Below are positions 41,827 through 57,159 of a DNA stretch of 64,000 nucleotides, one piece after another (position 1 is the first letter of the stretch; each line of letters starts with the position of its first letter). The DNA is from Octopus vulgaris (taxonomy: Eukaryota): contig OX597820.1 of assembly GCA_951406725.2 (NCBI GenBank), positions 73,284,001 to 73,348,000 of the forward strand, read 5' to 3'. The notes below the pieces were generated by a model, which was not told where the DNA came from, searched no databases, and saw only the letters and a program-made list of their open reading frames with translations. The position numbers were made by a program, and so were the translations under genes.

Positions 41827-42928
41827 CCTATCTACACTACCGTCAGAAATTAATTAGCACCCTTGATTTGCTCTTCACTCAAGGTATGTGCTGTCACCTA
41901 GTGGCCATATCTCGAACTATTGCTTTGTTGCGAGTTCACTGTTGCGCAGAACGATGACGTAACTTTGTTTGCAGAGCAGTTTGAGAGTCTACAGCCTTAT
42001 GATGTTGACATAGCAGTGCAACAACAACTTGGAGTGCGGATGCAGACAAATCTTCCTTTGTTTAATAGATATAGGTAGCGCCTCGCAAGGACCAAAATCA
42101 CACCATACTAAGTTTTCTCATCGCGTAAGACGTTTTGAACAGCTCATAGGTTAATTGATTTAACCTATTTAATGTAGAAATTTGAGAAGTGCTAATTAAT
42201 TTCTGACGCAAGTGTATCTATAAATCTATATAGCTATCTTTCTAAATCTCTCTTCCTATATATCTATCAATGTATCTATCTATCTATTTATTTATCTTTC
42301 TATACCTCTCTCCCTCTCTCTCTTTATCTCTCTTCCTATCTATCTATCTTTCTATATTCTCTCCCACTCTCTCTCTTTCTCTCCCTTTCTATCTCTTCCT
42401 ATCTACTTATCTATCTATCTTTTTATATAAATATATATATATATATATATATCTTTCTCTTTCTCTTTCGTTCTCTGTCTCACTCTCTCACTCTCACTCT
42501 CCCTCCTCTCTCTCTCTCTCTCTTCCTATCTGTCTATCTTTCTATACATCTCTCCCTTTTCTCTCTCTCTCTTTCTCTTCCTCTCTATGTACGTGTGTGA
42601 ACATATTTTACTTAGTGTGTGAGAGGAGAGGGAAACTGCTTATGTCAATCGTGTTCAATTAACAAACTGCAATATCTTTCCCTCTCACACGTTCTCGCTC
42701 ACTCTCTCATTCTATATGTGTACATTCTGCGCATGCGTGCATGTATGTGCAGTCGTGCGTACGAGTGAGCGTGTGTGTGCGCGCGCGCGTGTACGTGTGT
42801 CTGTATGTATATGTGTGTGTATGTGTTTGTCTTCAGTGCCAAAAAGCACACCTTCCAAAAGAGGCCGAATGTCGTCAGCCGTGCCAAACCAGCGGTGCCA
42901 AAACAGCTGCGCCCAGTCGGTTCGTTCT
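41609..42928. mobile_element. DNA-transposon-like element of the 11400-11706 family, with nested MITE
   Basis: Termini ggttatgagacgttttg... and gtgccaaaacagctgcgccc...; imperfect flanks tctaattt/tttaattc. Confidence 0.5.
41835..42214. mobile_element. Tc1/mariner-type MITE
   Basis: TIRs cactaccgtcagaaattaattagcac / gtgctaattaatttctgacgcaagtg; TA TSD. Confidence 0.88.
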
Positions 42929-43127
42929 TTAATTCCACTGACTGTACATCTGGTGAGAAAGGCTGTGCAAGATCACACGAGCATACCTTTCAATAAAAAG
43001 ACAGGGGTGGCTAACGAGAGACATAAATTGAAAAGAAATGACTCGTAAGTCTTCATGTGTGACGCCATCAAAATAAAAGCACGTCTGATGCACATGCTTA
43101 CATCCATACACACATATGCATGTATGC

Positions 43128-43182
<55 letters not shown>

Positions 43183-43200
43183 CATACATACATACATACA

Positions 43201-43231
<31 letters not shown>

Positions 43232-43351
43232 GTTGTTGTATTTAGGTATAGTCATGTTGCCAGTTTAGCCAATAAAAACACACACGCTATATATTTGGTG
43301 TTAATTTGCTTCAGCTTTATTTATTTTTTACATTAATCTTAATCTTATTTC

Positions 43352-43396
43352 GGCCAGAGTTCTTTCGTCACATTTCTGTGACCTCATCAGTGATCC
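43352..43396 (-). ncRNA. Minimal type I hammerhead motif
   Basis: ggatca CTGATGA G GTCAC agaaat GTGAC GAAA GAA CTC tggcc. Confidence 0.65.
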
Positions 43397-43559
43397 TTTG
43401 CTTTCTTCTTTCTTATTAGTGTGTCTCTCCTTACTAACGGTCAGCCATTTTGTATTTTGTATTCCTATTTTATGTGTCTTTATTTGCGCATGCGTATATC
43501 CCTATGTGCAAAACAAATATATAAACGTATATATGCAAAACAAATCTATAAACGCATAT

Positions 43560-43616
<57 letters not shown>

Positions 43617-43639
43617 TACATATATATATACATATATAT

Positions 43640-43692
<53 letters not shown>

Positions 43693-43699
43693 CACACAC

Positions 43700-44612
43700 A
43701 CTTGCTGATGTACCCGGCCATTCCCGGAAAAGCGGGACTTAGCCCTTGGTTCCGTTCTCATAATTGTTGTGCTAGTCCAATAACAACAATACAAAGTATG
43801 TAGCCCTTAAAACAGTTTTTATGTATTTACAGAGAATACCGAACTGTCTTACACAGGCTCTTGTTTTAAGGAATTCCCAATAAGTTATGAATACCCAAAT
43901 TGTGAAGTCAGTTATGTTATAACGTGAAATTAGTTACCCGATAGTAAGAATTCAAATAAAGTAGCCCCGAAAAGGTCTTTAATGCGTTCTCAGAGTATAT
44001 AGAACATAAGAGGAGATACTAATAAGACATGTATACTAAAATCGTAAATCATGTTACGTAATAACATGGTAATCAGATATGAGATAATAACAATTGAAAG
44101 TAAATAACTCTGAAAAGGGCTTTTGTGCGTTCCCAGAGAATATTGGCTTCGGTGGCGCTAGTGTTGGTATATTCGTGATTAAGTGACTAACCGAAATAAG
44201 TGGATCTATTGTTTAGGAAAATAGTATTTACTTGTTTAAGGGTTCTACTGGATAAATTACGAAAATCTAACAGTTCAAATACTAAGAAATACGCATACTC
44301 AATTTTATTTTTATCAAATAGTTTAGGAAAATGAATGGGTTATTTCCCTTGGCTTTATATAAGGATCCCTTCAACAGGCAGATGCATTATTTCCCTTGGC
44401 TTTTAAAATAAAATATATCAGATATATATATATATATAAGGATCCTTTCCAGGGGTCCTATTATCGATATTTTTCAACATTCTGAGTATACCACGAGGTT
44501 TCTAAACATGAGTTTTACTTGTCAAGTTTCATCAAAATCGATAAAACGATGTAGGAGGAGTTAGCTAACAACTCCATAAACACACCCACCAACAGAATTT
44601 CCCACATATGTA

Positions 44613-44620
<8 letters not shown>
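43700..44620 (-). mobile_element. Helitron-like non-autonomous element
   Basis: Left end acttgctgatgtacccggccattcccgg (degenerate CTAG + hairpin); right end resembles the 5' architecture of 31049-31444. Confidence 0.55.
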
Positions 44621-44654
<34 letters not shown>

Positions 44655-44715
44655 GCCATGATTGATCGCTAAATCCATAAGATTTTTATTCTCTGTCTGA
44701 TTATTTTCTCTTATT

Positions 44716-44753
44716 TCTTTCTGTTGAAGAACGTAAGCTCGAAACATAAAAGA
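44716..44753 (+). ncRNA. Hammerhead-like motif (family F) in a repeat at about 44690-44842
   Basis: tcttt CTGTTGA A GAAC gtaa GCTC GAAA CATA aaaga. Confidence 0.45.
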
Positions 44754-46390
44754 CTTTCTCACTTCCCTGAGCGTCAAACTAATACACCTGCTTATTGTTA
44801 ATACACCTGTCTTCGTCCTTTGTCTTTCTGTAAATTTTAACTATATGTGTGTGTGTATACACATGCATGTGTATATACATACATGCATACAAGCATAAGT
44901 ACAATACACCCATGCATACAAACATACATACATACATACATACATACATACATACATACATACATACATACACGCATACATACACACAAATATACAAAAC
45001 ATATAAGTACTGACGCATATATACATTCATACATTCACACATTCATGCAAACATACATACATACTGTTGTATAATGAAACGGTACACCCCTCCCAGTAAA
45101 AAGTGGTAGTACACAGTCATTATAAATAGACCAGTAGCCAGAAGGTCGAGAGTACGTGTACACTCTGTTGATAGTCGTTTCTGTGTTGATATATTAATTA
45201 TACTTTGATACTGAGTGGACGTTATATCGATCAAACCTTTTGAGGATAATAACATTGTACGACTGGGGAGGGGTCATACAGTGCAAGATAGAACCATTCT
45301 ATCGACAACTTCGATCACTGGAACTGTAAAAGTCTGTTAAACTTTCCAGACCTTTATCATTAAAATATATATGTGAGAATGTCTAAATATGCAACTATAT
45401 GCATGAAATACATGCATAAGGCAAAACATATAAATCTGAAGATATACGTTCATACATGAATACATACATATAAATCTGCACATATACGTACATACATACA
45501 TACATACATACATACATACATACATACATACATACATACATACAAAAATACCCTGTTGTTGATGTTGAAATTCCAAAGGAGCCTCGGATCTAGGTTAGAA
45601 ACCGGCTCCTTATTTATTGGCAAGAAATCTTGAAATAACAATGAAAGAACAATGACATACATATATAGAATCTTGATAAGCTTTACAAATATAATCTGTA
45701 AGCTGAACAGTTAAAATATGCAAGACTTTTCTAAAAGTTTAAAATGTAACATTATTTTCGTTATCTACATTCCAATGATGGAGTTTTGTATCTTTGTTAG
45801 AAACCAGCTCCTTCCTCAAAGGAAGAGTTTATATAATTAAAAACTGCAGCGAATATACATACATACATACATACATACATACATACATACATACATACAT
45901 ACACAGATTTTGAACAGTGAAGAAGTAAATCAATACTACCAATAATCAAACACTACATTCCTACACGATTTTTTTTTCATACTCGCACGTTATATAATTT
46001 AAATGGTGTAAGCAGAACACATACATAAAGGCAGCCATAGATTTGTTTCTATGTATGGCAAAATGGCAGCTTGTGACACTCACGCATTTCCCAAGGATCC
46101 CAGGATATTAGTTAATGTGCAAAAATGATATAATCTAGTAATGTATGTTATTTATTTTTCGAATGCTGTAAGTGAGAAAACTGACAGAAAATTAAAATTA
46201 ACAACGATATCAGTTCGTTTAAGAAAGAAACTTGTGAGAATAAATAAGAAAACATCTGAATAAATTTAAAAGATAAATGATCACATGCTCAAACAGCATA
46301 TATATATATATATATTATATTATATTATATTATATTATATTATATTATATTATATTATATTATATCATATTATATCATATTATATTATAT

Positions 46391-46427
<37 letters not shown>

Positions 46428-46544
46428 ACATAGATATGTATTATACATCATATATATATATATATTATATATATTCTATTCTATTATATTATATCTCATA
46501 TATATATATACATAAATATGTATGTATGCATTATATATATATAC

Positions 46545-46617
<73 letters not shown>

Positions 46618-46680
46618 TATATGTGTGTGTGTTTGCATATATATGTATAGATATATAAATATAAGAGTGTGTATGTGTGT

Positions 46681-46736
<56 letters not shown>

Positions 46737-46809
46737 TGATTATCCATACATAGACATATATACATTGTTTATATATATATTGTTTTTATACATACACATA
46801 TATATTCTT

Positions 46810-46859
<50 letters not shown>

Positions 46860-47899
46860 AAATTGAAATATCTAATCTAATTTCCAATTCATCTTATTGA
46901 GATCGCTTTTTAATGGAGTCGTGAAAATGTCGCTGTAGTCAGAAACCAAATTTACTTTGCCAATATGATAAAGCTTATAAGCATGTAACTTGATACGAAA
47001 ATTTTAATTAAATATGACCGTCTGATAGTTAATCAATTATATCTTTCTTGCTCGCCTTATTCACTTACACATCAGACCAGTTCCCCGATGAATATGTATG
47101 TATGATGAATATGGTACGTATATGTACATATACATAATTATATGTCATATATATGCGTGTGTGTATGTACGTGTTATATACATATATACACGCTCACACA
47201 TAAATACACGCAAACGCGCGCGTAAGTGTCTCTGATATCTGACGAAATATACCATCGAAGTTTATTACTCAGAGATGACATCACCATGAAAAATAACAGT
47301 TAAGGTAGTGATAAGAAACTTAGGGCAACGAATATAACAAACTAATGATAAGTACTTATGGAGTAAAGAAAATACATTAACTCAATAATAATTTCTTATA
47401 TTTCAATCATTTCGGCAAATACGGGAGACAACTGCGAGCATATTTCGATTATATTAGACCTCTTCAGCTCAGCGAAGCATACATTAAACCTTACCTTGAC
47501 GTGTTATACTATAGACGAGTATGTGTGAAAATTTTAGAAATTAATAACTGTAAATAAGTCCTAACGTCAGCATGAAAATCGATAGTTAAGTTGATGTTAG
47601 CTTCCTTACATAAAAAATCGAATAAGGCCACAGAGTATGATATCTTGTAAAATGTCTGAGAGACAGCGACCACGAAAAAAGGATTTTCCGGAATTCCACG
47701 AGTGTCTCCTTGTTGAACAACAAAGGCATCAAACGGGATTCTGGGAGTAATTAGGGCTTCATCTTAATTCAGATGATTAGCCCCAAATCGACCTTGATCG
47801 AGATGGTTGACGGTCAAAGCATTCAAGTTAAAATCATGTTTTTTTTTTATTTATTCATTTTTTGTTTTTCTTTCTCTTTAAATTTTGTTGTAATATTCA

Positions 47900-48490
47900 T
47901 TTCAAATTTTGGTACAAGGCTAGCAAGATCGACTCCAATACGCAACTGGTACTTATTTTATTGACCCCTGAAAGGATGAAAAGTCGACTTCGGAGGAATT
48001 TGAACTCAGAACGCAGACTCGGGCGAAATACCTATTTCTTTACTACCCACAAGGAGCTAAACACAGAGAGGACAAACAAAGGCAGACAAACGGATTAAGT
48101 CGATTATATCGACCCCAGTGCGTAACTGGTACTTATTAAATCGATTCCGAATGGATGAAAGGCAAAGTCGACCTCGGCGGAATTTGAACTCAGAACGTAG
48201 CGGCAGACGAAATACCGCTAAGCGTTTTGTCCGGTGGCGGTAACGTTTTGTCGTAATATTATATTCCGGACTAAGGCGGCGAGCTGACAGAATCGTTAGC
48301 ACGCCGGGCAAAATGTCTTGCGGTATTTCTCCCTTCTTCACGTTCAGACTTCAGTTACCATCGAGGTCGACTTTGCCTTCCATCCTTTCAGGGTCGATAA
48401 AATAAGTACCAGTTGAGCACTGGGGTCAAGATAATCGATTTATACCCTCCGCCGAACTTGCAGGACTTGTGCCAAAATCCGAAACCAATA
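47900..48490. mobile_element. SINE A copies head to head: minus (47900-48245) and plus (48275-48490)
   Basis: Family A motifs in both orientations. Confidence 0.88.
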
Positions 48491-48960
48491 CCATATCACG
48501 TACTATAATATTTTGAGGGTGTTTCGGCTGCTATTTTATGCAGATCGCATGAATACTTAGTTTCCCCGCTAGTATCAACCATTTAATGAAGAACTTACTC
48601 GAATCATCAAATCCATTATTATTTTATATAGATGAAAAATCGTGGTAAAGGCCTTGGTCTCGGGACTACTTATGTCTAGAAACTGAGTTTAGGGCTAAGC
48701 AAGGACATGCTCCCCGTAAAAAATCCAGCTCCAAAAATGCCTCAATATAGCAATGGAAAATGGGTACCTGCTAACCCAAAGGTTGGGGTGGGCTGCACCT
48801 GCCTACCCCGGTTGCTATGGCATTGAGGTAGATCCGGCCAACCCCGTTAACGGGGAGCAAATCCGGATGGTGGTGGTAGTGGTGGTGGTGGTGGCGGCGG
48901 CGATGGGGATGTTGGTGATGATGAGGATGATGATGATGGTGGTGGTGGTGGTGGTGGTGG

Positions 48961-48997
<37 letters not shown>

Positions 48998-49177
48998 AAA
49001 GACATGAAAACAGGGTGTACTAGAATGTTAACCATTCGCCGTTGAGCCTCAGTCAGAAGTATTCGAAATGAAATGACATCTAATTAAAAAATTGTTACGG
49101 CACTCAAATTTATGTCGAATTTTATATATTTCATTGCTTCGAGTAGAACTTGGAAACCACTTTCAAGAAGCATATTA

Positions 49178-49339
49178 TAGGCACAGACGTGACTGTGTCG
49201 TAAGAAGTGTGCTTCCCACACGCGTAGCTCTGGGTTCATCCCAACTGTGTGGTACATTGGGACAGTGTCTTCTACTATAGCTGCGTGTCGACCAAAGCCT
49301 TATGAGTGGATTTGGTTGACAGAAACTGAAAGAAAAGCG

Positions 49340-49437
<98 letters not shown>

Positions 49438-49546
49438 TGCACTGTTTGGTTGGTGGGGTGCCTAAACATACCAACACCACTTGTCAAGTGCTGGTCGGGG
49501 ATAAACACACACACACACACACACAAACACACACACTCACACACAC

Positions 49547-49594
<48 letters not shown>

Positions 49595-49623
49595 ATATAT
49601 ATCTATATATATCTATATATATT

Positions 49624-49661
<38 letters not shown>

Positions 49662-49697
49662 TGTGTGTGTGTGTGTGTGTGTGTTGGTGTGTTTGTG

Positions 49698-49732
<35 letters not shown>

Positions 49733-49935
49733 GTGTTTATCCCCCACCAGCACTTGACAAGTGGTGTTGGTATGTTTAGGCACCCCACCAACCAAACAGT
49801 TCGGCAAAAGAGACCAAGAGAACAAGTAGTAAGCTTTAAAAAATAAGCACTGCGGCCATTCGTTCAACTAAAATGCTTCAAGGCATTGCCCCAGCATGAC
49901 CGCAGTCTAATGACTGAAACAAGTACAAGTTAAAA
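49178..49935 (+). mobile_element. SINE family B with internal inverted duplication
   Basis: Head at 49178, tail at about 49935; 49441-49510 mirrors 49731-49800. Confidence 0.85.
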
Positions 49936-50590
49936 GATATCTTGCTGGGATAAACGTAAGATAAAGTGGTCATGAGTTAAGCTGAATGGCTGCTTTTAAC
50001 TTTTACGCGAATACTCTGGAATACATCATCGGTGCTGTGATGTTTCCCGGGTCTCCAGCGGTTTCGATACATTCAACATCATTTTAACCACACATCACTC
50101 AGTTGACCCAGCCAAAGTTGATCAATTCCCAGCGTGCAACTCAATAAAACCACCGGTCTGCCAAAAGTCTATTGAAAACCAAAATAAATTGTTGTCAGTC
50201 TGGTGTGAATGCTAACTTTTTACCACAAAGCTGTAAAAACAGGACTTCTCTTTCCGTCTCTGCTAAACAGTGAATGTTAGCGATGGAACGCTAAAGTAAC
50301 AGATTGGCTGGTGCCTGCATGCAACAGTTTGGTTCGAATATTTTAACATTAGACTCTACATCGTCAGACAGCGTTATGTAGCTCATTTTTATTTTTTAAG
50401 ATTTGACTTATATTTATTCCACTATATAACACGGAAAAGAAATCTTAAAATCGAAATATTATTATTATAAAAATATATATGCATAATAATAACGTTTTTA
50501 CTTCACTTAAAACCGCTTTATTATGGACATTCAGATTTCTGTTTGAAAATCATATATCACTTTGCTTCAGGTAAAGCCCAAAAGCCAATT

Positions 50591-50627
<37 letters not shown>

Positions 50628-50776
50628 TGTATGTATGTATGTATGTATGTATGTATGTTTGTATGTATGTATGTATGCATGTATGTATGTATGTATGTGT
50701 GTGTGTGTCTATGTGTGTGTGAACGTATGTATGCATAGCAAACTAGGAGGGAGTAGTTAATCCAGGCGTTAATATA

Positions 50777-50826
<50 letters not shown>

Positions 50827-50937
50827 TATTCATACATATGTATTCTAATATACATACATTCAGCGCGTGCACACTTACACACGCGCCGCGATCATGCACA
50901 CACACAGATACACGCACATACACACACATATATATAT

Positions 50938-50990
<53 letters not shown>

Positions 50991-50994
<4 letters not shown>

Positions 50995-53330
50995 TAATCC
51001 AAACGGGAAACAAAAAAACAACAACAAGGGAACAATTACAGTATTATTATTAATAGGCGCTCAGGAAATGGAAGCAGGGAGGTATGACGTTTCGAGCGGA
51101 GCTCTTCGTCGGAAACATAAAGAAGGAAGAGAGAGGAAAGAAAGATCCCGGAGCGGGCAACGGAGATAGAGAAAAAAACGGCTGGTGTTAGCAGTAGCAC
51201 ATGGTGAAAGGCGGATGTTTACGATAACAAGAGCAAAGTGGGTTTTTAAAGGCAAAAGAGTGGAGACAAGGTTGGTAACGCAACAGATGTGTGTGTATGT
51301 GTGAGTGTGTGCGTGTGCGTATGTGTGTGTGTGAGGCGAGGTAAAAAAACAAAAAATATATGTATGTGTTAGTGTGTGCGTCTGTGTGTAGGCGTGTGAG
51401 GTAGGGCGAGACGGTGGTCAGCATAGCAGCAGCATAGCAGACAAAGGTCAGTAGTGAGAAAAGGGAGGAAGGAGGAAGGGAGGGAGGGGAAGGGGTGGGG
51501 GCGTATGTAGCGTGCCAGCGTGTGTTGAGTAGTAGTGTGTGTGTGTGTCCAGTGTCGTGGTAGTATTAGTGGCGAGTAGATTGAATGTGTGTAAGAGTGA
51601 TGTATATGTTTAAGCAATGTGTGTATATGTGTGCGCGTGTGTGTAACGAAAAAAAGGGGGGGGGGGGGTAGGAAAAGGACTCCAGCGGAGGGGAAGATGG
51701 AAGAGTGGTCCCGCGGAGACGGGCGTGGGAAAACCCAACGACAAGCGACATCCCAGGAACGGGCGGGAGGTCTCGTCGGGTCCAAGGGCGAGGTGCATGC
51801 GGGCGCATGCGTGCGCGAACCGGCGCAAACGCGTGTGTGCGCGAGCCTGCGAGTGTGCGCGTACGTATGTGTGCGTGTGGATGTGTGAGTGTGTCTGTGT
51901 GTATGTCTGGGTGGCAGTGTGTCCGATGAATGTATGTGAGTATGTGTGTATATATGTGTGTGCATAGATGTATGTCCGTGTGTGTGTGTGTGTGTATGTG
52001 TGTATGAGTGTGTATGTATGTACGTGTGGGTGTGGGGAAGTGTGTGTATGTGCATGTGTGTGCGCGAACATACAGGTGTGTGAGTGAGTGCGTGTGTGTG
52101 TATGTATGTGTGAGTGTGTATGTATGTGTGTGTAGGATGCATGTATGTGTATGGGTGTATGTATGCGTGTGTGTATGTATGTATGTGTACGTGCGTGTGT
52201 GTGTGTGTATGCGTGTAGGTGTGCGCGTGTGCATGCGTGCATGTATGTGCGTATGTGTGTGTGTGTGCATGTGTGTGGGTATATATGTGTGTGCGTATAT
52301 GTGTGTGTATGTGCGTACATGTGTGTGTGTGTGCATGTGTGTGTGTAGGTGTGTAGGCGTGTGTGTATAGGTGTATGTATGTAAGTATGTATGGGTGTGT
52401 CCGTGTATGTGTGTATGTATGTGTGTGTATGTAGCTGTGTGGGCGTGTGTATATGTGTGTGTATGTAGGTGTGTAGGCGTGTGTATATAGGTGTATGTAT
52501 GTATGTCTGGGTGTGTCCGTGCATGTTTGTGTGTGTGTGTGTGTGCATGTGTATGTAGGTGTGTGTGTACGTGTGTAATGTATGTGTGTATGCGTGTGTA
52601 TGCGTGTGTATGCGTGCGTGTGTGTATGTAGGTGCGTGTGTATGTGTGTGGGAGTGTAGGTGTGTGTGTGCGTGTTTATGTTGGTGTGTGCGTATGTGAG
52701 TGTGAGTGTATGAGTGTTTGTCATGCATGTGTGTGCGCGTGCAGGCGAGTGTGTGTGTAAGTATGTGTGTGTGTATGTTTGTGTGAGTGTGTATGTGTGT
52801 ATGTCTGTGTGTATGTATGTGCGTATAGGAGTATGTAGGTATGTGTGTGTGTATGTATATGGGTGTATGTATGTGTGTGTGTGTGCATGTGTATAAGTAT
52901 ATGCGTGTGTGCGTATGTGTGTGTATGTGTATGTGTGTGTGTTTATGTATGTGTGTATGTATGTGTGTAGGCGTGAGTGTGTAGATGTATCTATGTATGG
53001 GTGTGTGTCAGTGTGTGTTTGTGTGTGTGTAGGTAGATGTGTGTGTCTGAGTGAGGGTATGGCTGTGTAGGTGTGTGTGTGTATGAATGTAAGTGTGTGC
53101 GTATACAAGTGTAATGTATGTATGTGGGTGTATGTGTGTGTGTATGTGTACGTGTGCGTGTGTATCTGTGTGTATGCGTGTGAGTGTGGGTGTATGGGTG
53201 TATGTCTGTGTGTGTGTATGTCTGAAGTGGGTATGTGTGTGTATGTATGTATGTGTGTGTGTGTGGGTATGTGTGTGTGTGTATGTGTGTGTGTGAGTAG
53301 GTGTGCGTGTATGTATGTGGGTAGGGATGC
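50991..53330 (-). mobile_element. Family G: long degenerate (CA)n-bodied element with GC-rich core and hammerhead-like 3' part, copy 1
   Basis: Reverse complement of 62319-63931; HHR-like motif at 51083-51119; 3' end abuts (TA)n. Confidence 0.85.
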
Positions 53331-53347
53331 ATATATATATATATATG

Positions 53348-53399
<52 letters not shown>

Positions 53400-53407
53400 T
53401 ATATACT

Positions 53408-53443
<36 letters not shown>

Positions 53444-53444
53444 A

Positions 53445-53519
<75 letters not shown>

Positions 53520-53528
53520 TCCCTACCC

Positions 53529-53582
<54 letters not shown>

Positions 53583-53656
53583 ACACACACACACATACAT
53601 ACATACACACACATACCCACTTCAGACATACACACACACAGACATACACCCATATA

Positions 53657-53733
<77 letters not shown>

Positions 53734-54042
53734 GGGGCAGCAACTTGTGGTACTTAAGCCAGCGCATGCAATGTTAAATATGAAGTCATATAATTTCCAG
53801 CTGTGCCTCATAAAAATGAAAGATTTATATTAAATTCTGATTCTTTATTCGCATTCATTTTATATCTATATCTTAGGGAAGCGTTGCATGTCTTGCATTC
53901 ATGCAGGAAACAACGTCACTTATATGTATATATATATAAATATATATGCGTGTGTGTGCGTGCGTGTGTGTGTGCGTGCGTGTGTGTGTGCGTGCGTGTG
54001 TGTGTGCGTGCGTGTGTGTGTGTGCGTGATATCCATACATAT

Positions 54043-54090
<48 letters not shown>

Positions 54091-54336
54091 TATGCATGTA
54101 TTTATAGTGTGTGTATGTGTGTAAGAGTATGCGTGTATATAATAGTGAATAAATTTACGTGCTTATGTGTGTGTGCTTGTATATTATGTCTACATAGTTA
54201 TATGTATATATGTGTGTGTGTATGTATGTATATAAACACACATATACATATATATATGTGTGTGTATATATAAATATATACTTATATATGTATATATATA
54301 TATATACATATATATATATTTAATATATGTATATAT

Positions 54337-54432
<96 letters not shown>

Positions 54433-54596
54433 CATATATATATATTCACACACATATATATATAAGACATGCTTATTAAGTGTTTGTATGGAAATAAGTT
54501 AATACAAAGACTCATATACATTGATGTGTGCATGAGTACGTGTATGTGTGTGTGTGTGTGTTTGTGTGTGTATGTGTGTGAGTGTGTGTGTGTGTG

Positions 54597-54641
<45 letters not shown>

Positions 54642-54950
54642 GGAGGCTTGAACATACCTATAAAGAGAGACACTTAGAGGCATAAATAAAAGATGAAAGG
54701 GGTGGGTGGGCCTATTAAAGTAATTGCTCCGGATCGTGTTACTATATGGAAAATGTAAATCTTGCAAACCGCACATAAAACCTTGACATTGAAATTTATA
54801 ATACATGTAAGGGGGACGGGCGTGAGCACAAGTTATCTGTGCACGGGTCTGTGCGCGTTTAAGTGTGTGTGTGTGTTCTGGTCCATTATGCAAGGGGACG
54901 TGCATCTGAATTGGAGCTATAAACAATGTATTTCTGCGAATATATATATG

Positions 54951-55027
<77 letters not shown>

Positions 55028-55106
55028 AGTTAGGTAGTTTGATATATTGTATATATAAAGGCGAAACTTGAAGTCCCGGTCAATTCAATATAATTATTGA
55101 ATATAG

Positions 55107-55141
<35 letters not shown>

Positions 55142-55220
55142 TGTGTGTGTGCGCGCGTGCGTGTGTGTGTGTGTTGGTATGCATGTCTATATAATATATA
55201 CATATACACAAACATATATG

Positions 55221-55256
<36 letters not shown>

Positions 55257-55260
55257 AGTG

Positions 55261-55345
<85 letters not shown>

Positions 55346-55434
55346 CAACATATATGTATAAACATGCGTAGATATATATGTATATATATCCATGAGTGCG
55401 TACGTGTATGTACATATATATGTATATGTGTGCG

Positions 55435-55466
<32 letters not shown>

Positions 55467-55929
55467 TACATATATATATATAATGCACACACAGAGAAAA
55501 AGGTCACACACACACACACACATACGGAGAGACAGACAGAGCAAGAAAGCGGGAGGTGTCGGATAGTGCTTGTGAGCCGCTCATACATACACAAACGCAT
55601 ACATAATGAAACTTCCGTACACACGCACCACCGTTATAGTGGCGTTTCGTAAGTCTACCGAACCTGTATAGCTTATACAGCAATCCCTAGCATCAAACAG
55701 ACATCAGCCCATAACCACAAATAGGATGGTAAAGCGTTCATGAAACACTAGATATGCTGGCGCCGCGTGTAGATAAATCTTCAAAATAACATGGATTAGT
55801 TGATACAGACGCACCCGCTCCCTCGCCGCCATAGATCGAGTGATGTTCAACGTCATATGTTTTGTCTGTAAACCAACATAATGCAATGACAGCCGTGAAT
55901 ATGGCTAAAAACATTGTATTCAGATATAC

Positions 55930-56084
55930 AGGCATAGATGGGTGTATTGTAAGAAGATTGCTTCCCAACCTCATGGTTCCGGGTTCAGTCCCACTGCATG
56001 ACCCTTTGGTCGAGCATTTATAGCCTCGGGCCGAGTAAAGCTTTGTGAGTGGGTTTGGTAAACGGAAACTAAAAGAAGCTTGTA

Positions 56085-56085
<1 letters not shown>
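55930..56085 (+). mobile_element. SINE family B, 5' half
   Basis: ggttccgggttcagtcccactgc. Confidence 0.8.
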
Positions 56086-56129
<44 letters not shown>

Positions 56130-56298
56130 AGTAGACAAATGAATTATCTTATTACGGATAATTCGAAAGATAACCGATACCTGGGTAGCAAACTCACAAC
56201 AGAAAAAGCACGGTTGAAGTTACGACCATAGGGCATAAAATCCGTGCCTTAGTGCGGAAATTTGAAGTTTAATTTAATAGCTCCATTCTTTCCTATAC

Positions 56299-56833
<535 letters not shown>

Positions 56834-56871
56834 GCATTCTTTAGTTTCTCTCCTTGTTTCTTTCTATTTTC

Positions 56872-56907
56872 CTTTCTGTGGAAGAGCGTAGGCTCGAAAC
56901 GTTAAAG
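56872..56907 (+). ncRNA. Hammerhead-like motif (family F) in a repeat at about 56835-57003
   Basis: cttt CTGTGGA A GAGC gtag GCTC GAAA CGTT aaag. Confidence 0.5.
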
Positions 56908-57002
56908 ACTTTTTCATTTCCCGAGCGTTAAACTAATACATCTGTTTGTTTTGTACACCACCTGTCTTCGTCCTTTGTTTTTGTTTTTTTTGTGAATTCT
57001 CC

Positions 57003-57094
<92 letters not shown>

Positions 57095-57159
57095 ATGTAT
57101 GTATGTATGTATGCACGTATGTATGTATGTATGTATGTATGTATGTATGTATGTATGTA

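Noticed and set aside
45065-45280. Solo LTR (TG...CA, TATA-like motif, cccctcccagt/actggggagggg)
   Set aside because: No convincing TSD or consistent boundaries.
47436-47470. CTGAAGA...GAAA hammerhead-like motif on the minus strand
   Set aside because: Weak stem II and an AUG triplet that is not NUH; could be a relic but is not supportable.
51369-53444. 691-aa His/Thr-rich ORF (and 62273-63328, 351 aa)
   Set aside because: Translation of degenerate (CA)n, which lacks stop codons; several frames are open; part of family G repeat.
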